This document shows positions 1 to 11,879 of a stretch of DNA of 64,000 nt, piece by piece. The number at the start of each line of letters is the position of its first letter. Within the stretch, counting starts at the first letter, position 1. The DNA is from Oikopleura dioica (Eukaryota; Animalia; Chordata). The stretch is from assembly GCA_907165135.1 (NCBI GenBank), contig OU015567.1:13454001-13518000 (forward strand), read 5' to 3'. The position numbers were made by a program, and so were the translations under genes. Under the pieces are notes generated by a model, which saw only the letters and a list, made by a program, of their open reading frames with translations, was not told the DNA's origin and ran no database searches.

Positions 1-305
1 CTCAAAGAAGATAAATCCGTCTAACCTCAATCTGTGACCTACTCTGACAAGAAACTGCGAAGTTCAAAGACTGAATTCATATTCTAGACTCTAGCTGTTC
101 GAACTCTCTCTCTCTCTTCTGAGGCGCGAATAAAAATCTACATTTAATATTTTTTTCATTTTTATAGATATTTATTTATAAACCAAAGCATATAAGATAG
201 CAAGAATGCAGCTCAGATATTTCGTTTTCAAGGATGAATTTCTTCGCAAAAATGGATCATCGAAGCTTTTTTGGGTTCCAAGTTTGAAATTTCAACAATA
301 AAAAA

Positions 306-3300
306 TCAGATTTTGCGAATTAAAATGAAACCAATCCTGATATTGTAATTGCATAAATCAGTAGTACAGCAATGAACGCAAATTTGACCATTGCCGGCGG
401 AAGTTGCTCTGAAACAGTCACTTTGACTGTATTGTTGAACACAATCAGACTTTTGACATCCTAACTCGTCCCAAACATGGCCCTTTTTGTCGTCAAAATA
501 GCTGATTGCCCAGCTTAAATTCATTTAGTAAATCTGTTTTGAGCTATGTTTTTACCAATTTCCATCGCAAATTTCCTTTGTAACATTCCCAAGAAGTCTA
601 TCAGTGCCGCTGAAAGAGTAGCATTGCTTTGGATCCAGAAATGTTTCTTGAGTGACAACTGACGTTTCATTCGATATGATCAGATCATCAAAATATGTAA
701 AATTTGCGTCATCAGAGCAACTTTTCCAGAGTTTAACTTGCACAGGCGGGCATGGATGACATGGAGCTTTTTGAGCACATCTGTATCCATCAGCCAGATT
801 GCATGAAAACGACGGGTTGAATCCAGTTTGATCAAGGTCGCTAAGATCAGTTCCCGCTTGGTTGATGCAATTGATCCCTCTAAGAAATTTTAGCCTTGAT
901 TCTAAATCCTCTGTTCTTAATTGGTCGAGTGAGGTAGTTTGCGGTGTGTCCCATCCTGCAGAACAAGATGTTGTATTTTCAAAAGTCGCTTGAACATCGC
1001 AAACGCAGAAGAAGCGAATCTCATGGTCATCGCATAGATTTCCGGCTAGATTTCTGTTGAGACAGAAGACACCTGATTTTGAGCATTGTACGGAATTATG
1101 AAGAGGGGATCCACTCTTCGCTCTGCACTCAACATTGATGATGTTCGAGGATGGACAAAAAGAATAATAATTCCGCAAGTTAGAAGTTGACTCCTCTTCT
1201 CCGCCGGAAACATAAACGCCAGCGAGTTGAATCCCTGTTGGAGTAACAGCGCTCATCCAGTTTGTCCAGCCTTCAGAAGGAACTCCAAGTGTGCAGTTCA
1301 CAAAATCCATGTTGAGAATAACGCTTTCAAATTGGCTTTGGAGAGATCTTCTTTTCACTTGATTTTCACTAACAGACGCTACAAAGAACCCAGTGTCATC
1401 AGGACAGCTACAAGTGACTCTACTTGCGCAGTCCGCAGCACAGCAATTGAGCTCGTTTTTCAAAACGAGAGACATGAATCTATCCATATCCGTGTTCCTC
1501 AAATCATATTTGCCAGGCCTGTCAGAAATAAGCAAAATTGTCGCCTGGCCGGACAAAATATCTATTTCAAAGTCCTCGCCTTCGCCACAGATGGTTTCAA
1601 CGAGTATTCCGTCATCGAAAACTAATAATTGGTCAACGCAAAATTCCGAATTTCCCCGGAATGATTTCACAGCTTCAATATTGTAGCGATTGAAGGACAA
1701 AGTAAATGATCGTGTTCTTTGAATGCTATAAAGATATGTTTTCCCGGATTCGTAGTTCATGATCTGATCAGTGAGTGAGTTTGTAAAGACATTATCGAGG
1801 ACGGTATAGCTCTCGTAAGTTTTGATTAGCTGAATATGCTCATGACCGTCTGAAGCAATGTCCAAAGATGTAATATTTCCGTTAACAAACAATAGGTTTT
1901 TATTCAAGCTCATATTTTGTCCGTCAATATTCAGCTCTCCAGTAGAATTGCTCGCTGAAAGATCAAAAAGGGCTAGCAGAATAAACTCGTTCTGTTGAGC
2001 ATTAGGTGTAAATGCCTTCAATCGAGCGTCCGAGTCCACGAGATTTGGAATCTCAAAAGCTTCAGAGTTAAATTGACAGGATTCTTCATCATCTCTTGCT
2101 GGGCAATCTGGAATTAAATCACACACCTTGCTGAAGGGAACGCACTGTGTTCCCGATGAGCACTGATGTGTTGTCGGTGGGCAATCGAACGAGACACCTT
2201 GGGAACAGGATTCAAGCGTTCCATTCTGGAAGCAATAATCATCTCCAGCAAACGGTTTACAAGTCGAATCGTCCGAGTTAATAAACAAATTCGGATAAGC
2301 TCTTAAATATTGAACAGGCCAACTTTCACAACTTGGCTCTGTTTCGTTGTAAGCGCCTGAGACTTCGATATTTTTTATCAAAAATAGAAATTTTCCAGAG
2401 TCACCATAGTCGATTTTGAGATTCAAAACAATTTCATTTGTCTTAGTCGTAATCTTGGCTGGTATGTTCGATGGCAAAGAACAAAATGACCAAATAAGGT
2501 TTTCTGTCAAAGACCCACCATCGTGAATGTCAAGACGATTTGAGAGACATCCAGTTACACTCGGAAGATAGAAATGAATTGGGTAGATGATGAAGATGCT
2601 ATTTACTGGTCCAGATAAGTATAGAAGAGAGCGAAAATTCTTCTGATTCTCATTTGGAAAACCATCGCTCGATATTGAAGTCAAAGGTGAGCTCACTTTC
2701 AATCGACTGACGCCCTCCAACATTTGAAGCGAATTCGATTCAGCCAGGTCAACAAGCTCTTCTTGAAATGTATCAGTACATGCGAGCTCATCCTCAGCAA
2801 GTAAACAGTCAACAAATCCGTCGCATTCGAAGATGCCATGCATCGTGTAATTACCACAAGAGAAGGTATCATTAGAAAGTCCAAGTTTTTCTGCTCTTTC
2901 TGATATAGCAAGCGCTTCAAGATCATTTTCAATCAAATCGATGGGGGTAAAATCTCCATAAAGGAAGGAATGTTTCTCCAGACCATCGTTTGACCAGTGC
3001 TGATGTCTTTTGGGATGGGAGCCAACCGAGCAACCAGATTCGTCAGCGCCAGAAGAACAGTCAATTTCACCGTCACACGCCCATTCAACAGGAATCTGTC
3101 GATTGTCGCAAATCGTTTTCCCCCGTTTGACCCTTTGATATGAAACATCGCTTGAATAAGAGACGCTGGAACAATATCGATTCGTACGAGAAAACCGTCG
3201 TAGTCAGTGAATGCATCAGACTCGAATTCGATTTCTACTTCAGTCGAAAGAATCGGAAGAGATCTTGGAGGAACAAATGGAACAGATGCGCTCTCCATAT

Positions 3301-6300
3301 CACCGCAGAATTCGTAAACAAAAGACAGAGCTTCTCCATTTAGAAGCTTGAATTCCAGTTTATCAGCGCAAGATCCACTATGACGGTCATATTCCGTGTT
3401 GAAGTGGATAAATGACGCAAGAAAAGCAAGCCCTGGAGTTGTTTTTAAATTCCATGATTGAAAAGAACTTCCAGGATAATGTGCGTTGCTGAAATCGGTA
3501 GAGGCTAGCCAAATATAACCATCGTAAAGAACGTACTCTCCCTCGGGCTTGAGAGGTATTGAATCAGTTAGGAATTCTATTTTGGCGCAGCCGTCTTCAT
3601 CAAAACCTGTAGGACACTGTAAGATTCCATCGCATTTGAGCACATCAGGTAAACAAGCAGACTTTTTCTTCACTTGTGCACCGGGTTTTAAAATATTTCC
3701 GAAGTCGCAAGCAAAATAGCCCGTCTTGCACTCGATTACTTCTGATGCCTGAGTGAATCCTTCGGTAAAGTTTTTATCGACTCCAAATTTGTCAAAAACC
3801 GACATCGACGCTAGAAAAGAATCCATCGGGGAGACATAAGTGTCAGTAACTAGCGCAAGCGGAACAGTTTCGACAATATCATAGTCGCAAACAACAGAGC
3901 CACGCGCCCAGCTTTTGAAATCGATGGTGATGTCTCTGCCAGGAAGAGCTTCGAGAGTAGAATTTGTAATTTCGTCCTTCATTCTTTGTTCGTCAGCGGG
4001 ATCCGGGCTACATCCAAAAGAATCCCCGCAGAAGTTTTCAATTCCCTCGAAATCAGTGAGTCGAAGACTCGTACTCACAGTTTGAATAGAATTTCCGCCT
4101 TCAATTGACTTGCTGAAGATGAAGTATTTGTATCCCTCAAATTCCTGGCCTTTATAAACTCGATCAGGGTTCTTCTCAAGAAACAGCTTTAAATCTTCTA
4201 AGTCAACTTCTAATTCGGTAACAATATCGACACCCAAAGACGCTGAAAGAACCAGAGCATCATCGAGTTTGTAGAGAAATTCTGTTCTGGAATATCTGAG
4301 TCCATCAGCAACACCTAAATCGACTTGATTGTCCGAATAGGCGCCAACGCACCAGGAGTTAGAGAAATCAGACTCTTCTGGGTAATAAAAGCTTTGATTG
4401 TAGTTGACAAAAATGTTCTTCGAATTCAAATTGAATCCAGAAATAGGGTCAGCAAGAATCTCATTTTTCAGATTTAGCCAAATTCGTCGATTTTCATCAA
4501 GATTTTTAGATGTTACAAGTTCTATAACGTCTTCCAATTGACTGATTTTGCTCAAGAGGCTCATTCCATTCTGATCACAACGCTCTTTTCCGCTTTCGAA
4601 ATCGAGCCAGCCAACATTCACGAAAATATTGTCGTCTTTTTTGTAAAAAATCGTATCAAACTCATTAATGAAGCTCGTTAGATTCGCGGCTGATTCGTTT
4701 TTGGGCGTTATAACATGGAGCTCGGAAAGAAATGGATTTTCTAACTCGATGGTGAAGTTCAAATGGTAATTTTCACAAATATAGCCGCCTGTTATTCCGT
4801 TCCAGGCGTAAACAAAGTTCTTTGAGTCCAGACAATCGAGAATACCTTCGCCAAAAAAATCGACCACCGTCGAAAGAAAGAAATATGCCTTCTCTTCATC
4901 GCCATCTGTAAAAGTTGTATTTTCTCCGATTCCAAAGAACCAGTCACAATCATAGATGCCATTGATATCTTTGATGTACTCAAGTTTCAAGCCATTTATG
5001 CAAAGATATTTTAGGTCGTCGTTGACCGCATCAAATTTTTCTCCGTTAAAAAAAATGATCGCCGCGTCTTTCTCGTTGTTTTCTTGGATCAGTAAATCAG
5101 TAAATATCTTTTCTGGTATTTTTAAGTCGCCAAAGAAAAACTCATCCTCGTCCACGGAAATATGATTGCCATAAGTTTGGTTATTCCGATCGCTTCCATC
5201 GCCATCGTCATCGTCGTCATAATTTACATCGGAGCCTTTCGAACCCGAACAAGGATTTGAGAATTCAAAATATGGTCCAGTGATGATTCTTTTACCTTCG
5301 AAACCGACATAAATTGTGCTTTGCAGATCCTCTTCAAAGAAGATCTCGCATATTTCGAAAATTGCTGATACTGAAAAGCCAGTACAGGATTCTGTTACAA
5401 AACACGCCCATTCGCACTCTCCAAGCAGATCAGTTGTCGTCAAATTGATATTAATGCCGTTCCCAACATTTTTTCGCGAGGGTTCTAGTTCTCCGAAGGC
5501 ACGATGCTGAAAGTTCTTTGTTGTAAGGATTTCTTCTGTTTGATTGAAGCACGTGTCATTGTTGATGCCAAAGAGTGGTAAAGTGAGATTCGCTTTTATA
5601 AGTTATCGAAATTTAGTCAAGCTCAATGGTCTTAATTTTCTCAACTTAGTCCTGAATCTTCAGAAAATGACAAATTTATTTCATTCTCTTGATCACAAGC
5701 AGCGCCAAAGGAAGGCTCAACCTCTTCGCAAAGAAGCTTTCTGGGAAACGCATGTTCGCAGAACTCGCCAGTGCTTTCGAGACAATGTGTAAAAGATGAG
5801 TCGATCTTGAAGCGGTAAGATGGATAATTGAATATTCCCAACGATGGATCTGCGGTAATTATTTCTATCAATTTCCGTAGTTTCAGAAAGTCAGCTTGAA
5901 ATAGGCGCCATTTCGATGAGAGCGCACTTTCACAGGTGATCCCGAAGACGTTGTCGAGAGCTACGATAGCTTGTCCATTGAAGTCAAATGCGTTTGCCGG
6001 GGTTATGGCGATCTCAGAATCTGCGTTATATAAAGTAACAAGGGGAGATAAGACAATGGTGGGGTTGATTTCTTTCTCATTTGTTTTGTCATAAAAGCAG
6101 TTTTGTGACTGAGAAGTTGTCCGATATTCTGGATACTAAAACCGCAATCCTACGTTTAGCGATCAATTTTTTGACTTACATGACAGGATTCATAATCAAC
6201 GATTGTTTTAACAAAGTCTTTTTGGACGATTTTATCTCGATCACCACGAATCAGAAAGCGTGTGAATATGGGTCCATATCTAAATGCCTCAGAAGTGAAG

Positions 6301-6425
6301 CCTTCAGCGGAAACGAAATTTTCGTAATCAGCAAAATTCGTGTTCTCTATTTCCACAATATATTTTTCCCATAACGCATCGTGATTCGCCATGCAAAAAC
6401 TCGTCAAAAATATAAACACGTGCAT
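306..6425 (-). CDS. Large secreted/surface mosaic protein (signal peptide, EGF-like, PAN/apple, C-type-lectin-like, SEA, LDLa, CUB, mucin WxxW, C-terminal Ly6/uPAR-like); multi-exon
   Basis: ORFs 6156-6425 (hydrophobic N-terminus MHVFIFLTSFCMA), 5641-5871, 2933-5443, 552-2936 and 306-524 lie in series. Motifs: LDLa CDGILQCPTGFDEDGC and CDLIPDCPARDDEESC, CUB, SEA GSVV, WxxW domain WTNWMS...CDDHEIRFFC, Ly6 end CCTTDLCN. The 3' end may extend to about 180. Confidence 0.75.
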
Positions 6426-7925
6426 TATCTCAGCTTTGAAAATAAGAAAATTTTCTGGAAGCGTTGGGAATTTAATTACTGCAATTATAATTTTGAAACA
6501 ATATCTTACATCAAAGGTTACTGACGCTCGCGGAACAATGAATGAAAAAATTGTTTTTATTCTTTAATATTTCCTCAAACTTTGAGGCTCAAAGGAGTCA
6601 TTTTTGAAAAGTTTTTCAGCAAATTGAGGGTATTTTTGTTAAAATTTGTCTTGAGATCACGAAAATGCTTATTTGTGAGCATTAAAGATACTGCGCACCG
6701 ACTTAAAAATGAAACGTAATAAAAAAACTTCCTTGAAAGTAAGAAAAGCCTGTAGCTTCACTGTTTTTCTAGTGCTCTGACAAACAAGCTCAGAAGGCGC
6801 ACAAAGGAGGCATGGCAGTGCGTCTTTGTTGTGCGCGCAAATGGCTCCAGCATGGTTTCCGAAATTGGATTACTTGTCCAAATTGAAGCTCCCAATTTGT
6901 TCTGTCGCAAACTTTGACTCAGCATCAGAGTTGCTAGGAGCCGAGAGAGATAGATGCAATAATATGAAAGGTAAAAAGCTACTGGTTTTTGTTCAATTTT
7001 GAAGAGAAGCGATTGAAATAATTAAGTTTTTAGGGCGCGGCAAGCCTCCAGTTCTTCCAGAACCGCCAGGCTCTTGGTTTGGGCACAAGATTGCACCTGG
7101 AACAAAGCAAGAGATTTTTCCATCGCCACGACCGAAAACTCCGTCAAGATTCAAAAACCGGATCCGACCACAATACAGCGCCGAGAATCCCTTCAGGTTC
7201 GATGTAATCAGACCAATACTCGATCAATATTTAAATCTTCATCACGTCATTTTTATACGTTATAATAACAATATTATTAGAAAATTGACCACCCAGTTTG
7301 ATTTTCTTTACGTTGAAAAATAATCTCAAAAGTGTCAAAAGTGTCAAACGATAGCCTTAATAACTGTCACAAATATTTGCGTTAGTTCCTAAGGTCAATA
7401 ATAATTCTTTGCAGTGCTTATGATAATCGTCCAGAAGCAGGGCCCGATAATCAGCGCACTCGACGGATGAACTCATCACTGAACCACCGCGCAGTTTACG
7501 AGACAAAGAACATTACGGTAAGACGCGGATCTTTTGTGCTGCTTTTGGTCAAGTTTCATGTTTTCAGCACGCTTCTGAAAAGTCGCTTGTCCGGGAGTCT
7601 CTTGTCAAAGAGTCTTTCAAGGAATGGTTAAATCCAAGATTGCCAAGTTGGAAATGATAACCTTAGATAACTAAAGTGATTTTGATAAATAAAACCATCA
7701 ATAGCCTCTCGCAAAAACTCCTCTGGATCCAAACTTCCGTCGCTACTCAAAAGCTCCAAAACCGATAACCCCAGCCTTCGACTCCCGATCTGTTCAACTC
7801 GGATGAATAAATAGTTGCATAATATTTCAGCGTGATTACGCGACCATTACTCCGTGCGAAAAAGACAAAATGTTTTCCTAACTGAACTTATTTAACTCTT
7901 CGCTCCTTCAGCAGAAATATTCAAA

Positions 7926-8477
7926 ATGAAAACTTTACTTTTTTTGACCGCAGGAGCGTTAGCTTTGCAATGTTCACATCCCCTTGCCGCAGAAAATTAC
8001 TCGCAGGAGCTCATGTCCGGCTTCTGGTACGAGCAAGCTAGATATCAAACTGTCGGCGGCGGGCTTTTCCAGCTTGGCTCAGTTTGCTCAGGATTCGATT
8101 TCAAGCCTATCGGTTCTTCTGCGCGCGTGTCATACACATCAAGAAAGCAGGACCCTATCGAAGGACGCTGGTCAAATATAACCGGTCGACTCGATCCCAA
8201 CGACGAAATGGTTGATGGAAACTTTTACCAGAGCTTCCCATGGAACGATCCTCCAGGAATCAGCTGGAACGTCATCTACCTCGATGAAGACTGGGCAATT
8301 GAGTACGATTGCGATGAACATGAGAATGGTAGCATCGACTACTGCATCCATTTTGTTTCACGAGTTCCTGAGCCTGACATGGATGAGCTCGTTAGACTAA
8401 AAGAGTGGATCGATACAACTGAACTCAATGCCGTTGATCGACCTTTTGTCGAAGAGAGCCAAACTGATTGCTGGTAA
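7926..8477 (+). CDS. Secreted lipocalin (ApoD-like), single exon
   Basis: 183 aa ORF with signal peptide, lipocalin GxWYE motif (SGFWYEQARY), IYLDEDWAIEYDC and SR near the C-terminus. Confidence 0.75.
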   Translation: MKTLLFLTAGALALQCSHPLAAENYSQELMSGFWYEQARYQTVGGGLFQLGSVCSGFDFKPIGSSARVSYTSRKQDPIEGRWSNITGRLDPNDEMVDGNFYQSFPWNDPPGISWNVIYLDEDWAIEYDCDEHENGSIDYCIHFVSRVPEPDMDELVRLKEWIDTTELNAVDRPFVEESQTDCW

Positions 8478-8640
8478 AATGCTTTCGAAACCTGTCAATA
8501 AAGAAATCTTAAAATAATCCTGCATCGATAATTGAAATAATGAATGAGCAAATGAAAACAAGATTTACAGCATCACAATATTTTATTCATATCGGAGCGT
8601 TAGTGGCAGACTTGAACAGTTTTTGTTTGAGTCGATTTGA

Positions 8641-9146
8641 TTAGGCCTGGGTTCGGATCTGTCCCTGGAGGAAGTCCCATGCTTCGCAGTCTTCGATGGA
8701 TCGAACGACGACGCAAGAGCATCCGACAACCTGTAAATCGTTAGAACCAACACCTGACAAGAAATCTTACCTTTCGGGCGTTCTCCTCCCGATCTCGCTT
8801 GCAGAGACCAGCCCACTCGCCGAGGGTCTTGTTGTCACCAATCTTGAGCATTGGGATGGAGTGTTCTCGGGCAAGAGCCTCGATGAGCTTGACGTAGTTT
8901 CCTTCGTCGCAGTTCTCGGCCAAGAGGCTAGAGGAAGCGTAAAGATGAGAGAAAGAATATGATTTCTTACCAGACGATGGCGTCTCGTCGCTCAAGGGCT
9001 CGGACAGCCTCGTTCAAACCTCGGGAGAGGACGTTCTGGAAGTTACCCTGCTTGAGGACTTCCTGGACGGCGGTCTCGACGGTGAAACCAGCGGCGGCAG
9101 CGACTGGGGCAGCGGCGGGGGTTGGGGCAACTTCAGCTTCCGACAT
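8641..9146 (-). CDS. RPS12: 40S ribosomal protein S12 (3 exons; introns 8928-8970 and 8731-8770)
   Basis: Spliced translation ...[79 protein letters not shown] matches eS12. Both introns are GT-AG. Confidence 0.95.
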
Positions 9147-9289
9147 CTCGTATCCTCAATGACGGTCTGAGTTAGGGCAAGGGTTAGGCATGAGCTTGGG
9201 TGAACAAAAACATATGTTTGGAGGAATAATGGGCAGTGATAAGGGACTGGGAGTGAATAACTGGGCAGTGCAGATGGAATTGGTCTAGT

Positions 9290-11693
9290 TTAGTCGGAAT
9301 CGGAGTCGGACGAAGACGAGGCGACGAATTCAGCGGACTTGGCTGAAGTTTTTGCTGGTGACTTGGCCGGCGCGGCGGACGATTTCTTCGCCTTTTTAGC
9401 TGGCGAGGACTTGGAGACGGTCATTTCGCCACCAGCAGCGATGAATTCGCGCTTCTCGCGTTCGTACCGCTCCTTGTCTTTCAAGGCTTTCTCCTCGTAC
9501 TTCGCCTTGTCGTTGGCACTAGAATACTCAGTTATACTAAGATCGCCAGTACGTTAACTTACTCAATCTCGCGCCAGCGCTGACCAGCAATCTTGGATAC
9601 TTCGGTGATCTTGATTCCTGGGTTATCTGCCTTGATCTTTTCTCTTTCTTCGTTGATGAAGAAAAAGTACGCAGACATCGCTCGCTTGGGGCCATCTTTG
9701 TTCTTCTGCAAAATTGAGAGGTGAGAAATTTTCATAAAAGAGTGATGTTTACCTTTTTGCGAGATTTTCCTTCCTTGGGCTCCTTTTCTTTTCGAGCCTT
9801 CTTCTCTTTTGGCTGCTTTCTTTCCTTTTCCTTCTTTTTGGGCTTTCTTTCTTCTTCATCCTCGGACTCGTCCTGAAAATTGGTAACTCTTTGAGCGAGA
9901 GAACAGCTTTAATTACCGATGAGTTTCGATCTTCTGAGTCGGTGGATCGGTCGGCAGCGTCAGAGTCGTACTCTTCATCGCCGCCTTCCTTCGCTTCTGG
10001 ATCAGCTTTGTCTGAGGGAACCTTTTAGAAATAGTCGAATAAAAGTGGCAATACCTGGATCGAAGTCGGAATCGTCTGATTCGGAGTCATCGTCTTCCAT
10101 GCCTCGGACTTCATCCTTCAGCTTGTTGGCGTAGTGATCAGGATATTCGTCTGAATGAGGATTGAATAGATGAAGATAAGAGCAGTTTTACCTCCAGAAG
10201 AGTCAGAGAAGTCCTCAACACGCTGCTCCTCGTGCTTGTTGATGTTCCTGATCTTGAGTCCCTTTTCTTTTACAAAATCGAAGAAGCAGTTGTATTCCGC
10301 CCGATCGATAGTGCCGAAGACGTGCTTTTGTCCCTGCTTCGTTTGGACGTGGAACTCGAAGCTGCGGAGCTTGGTGCTTTCTCGCGCAAAGTTCACGTTG
10401 TCGATTTCGTCGAAGCGGATGTGCATTGGCGGCTTGTGTAGGTACATGAAGCCGCGTTCGAGAGGGAAAAGAACTCCGCTCTGGGCTTTGTAAGAGCAAG
10501 CCATGCAAGAAAGCGAAGTGGAGGACTTGAAGTTGCCGGGAACGGTGATCTTTCGACCAGTAACGGCCTTCATCAAGCGGGAGACGAGCTCAAAGTGAGG
10601 GCCCTGCATCTCCTTCTGCAGCTTTCCGTCAAATTTTTCTTCGACTTCAGCTTCGTCAATGTCAAAGTTGATGGTTTCGTACTTTTCCTGAACGGGATTT
10701 CGTTAAGATTTGAGAACAATAAGGACTATCTTTACCTTGTCAAAGACGCAGATGATAAACGGGTAGCGAGTTTGACCCTGTTTGATTGGCGGATCAATGG
10801 CGATGACGAAGAAGACTTGTCGCTGGTCCTTGTGCGGCAAGAGGAAAAGTCGGATAATGGAGGTGTACGTGATTTTGAAATCGTGAGTAGCACCGTGCAG
10901 ATGGAGGAACTTCTCGAAGAGCTTGACATCGTATCTGCCTCGAGGGGTGAGGCACTGAATCGACGGCAGCGTAAGGTAAGCGTTGCCCTTGGCTTCAAGA
11001 ACGTCGGCTCTGGAAGTGATCAGCGCCGCTGTTTCTACCGCTGGGTCTGTGTTCTCGTCTGCCATTGGCATGTGGAAACGACATTCCATCATGGTCAGGG
11101 CATTTGCGTCTTCGTTCTGGTGGAAGGTGAGACTCAGTTCGTTCTTGTTGCTTGTGCAGTTTGAGACATTCCCAAGCGGAATCTCAAACGCCCTTTTTCC
11201 ATCATCAGAAATGAAGGCGAACTCGTCTTTGTTCACCTCTGCTTTGCCCCAGTTCCAGCCCTTGATGCTACAATAAAGAGTTAAAAGAGCACAATTTCAG
11301 CTTGAATTTACCTCAATTCCTCCTGATTGATCTCTTTATCAGGGTTGTTCTTGAAATATTTTTCAAGTTTTTTGAAGTGTTCATCCTTGAATCCATCGTA
11401 TTTCTTGATCTTTCCGCTGAGGAGCTCAATTTTTAGTTGATTTCCGTCAGCAACCCGGCGCCAGGAGATTTCGTCCAAGTCATCAAACGAAATCTGATCG
11501 CTCTAAAAACAGTTTTGAGCATAAACTCTTGAGATCAATTGATAAGTTAAAAGAAAGAAAGTGTACTTACTCTTCCAGTGACGCTGTCCTTATACAAAAT
11601 CGACTGACTGGTAAGCCGCAATTTGCCACTGTGCTTGTTCCCCTTGATTTCCTGATTGACGCTAAATTCTAGCGCATCGGCGGGTAAAGCCAT
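9290..11693 (-). CDS. SSRP1: FACT complex subunit SSRP1 (multi-exon, C-terminal HMG box)
   Basis: LTPRGRYDVKLF, CSYKAQSGVLFPLERGFMYLHKPPMHIRFDEI, acidic tract, HMG box near 9520-9710 and Ser/Asp-rich tail. Confidence 0.95.
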
Positions 11694-11879
11694 TTTCTCT
11701 GGAACTTTCCCTCGAACTGATTCTTCTTGAAACGCTCTAAGAGAAGAGAAAAAAGAGAATTACACGTGAAGTAAAGCTTTCTTTTTCTGGCGAAGAAGGT
11801 AAGGGCCAATAGAATCGCGTAAAAGAGCCTACGCCAGGGGCTGCGCGCGCACTCGGAATAAATTCAAAAAAGTTAACCC
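11694..11879. promoter_or_regulatory. Bidirectional promoter region between divergent SSRP1 and ZNF318-like gene clusters
   Basis: Only 186 nt separate the divergent ATGs at 11693 (-) and 11880 (+). Function is inferred from position. Confidence 0.5.

Noticed and set aside
2933-3160. Overlap of two long ORFs as a programmed frameshift
   Set aside because: A 32-nt GT-AG intron near 3130-3165 restores the LDLa frame. No slippery site or stimulator was evident; a sequence error is also possible.
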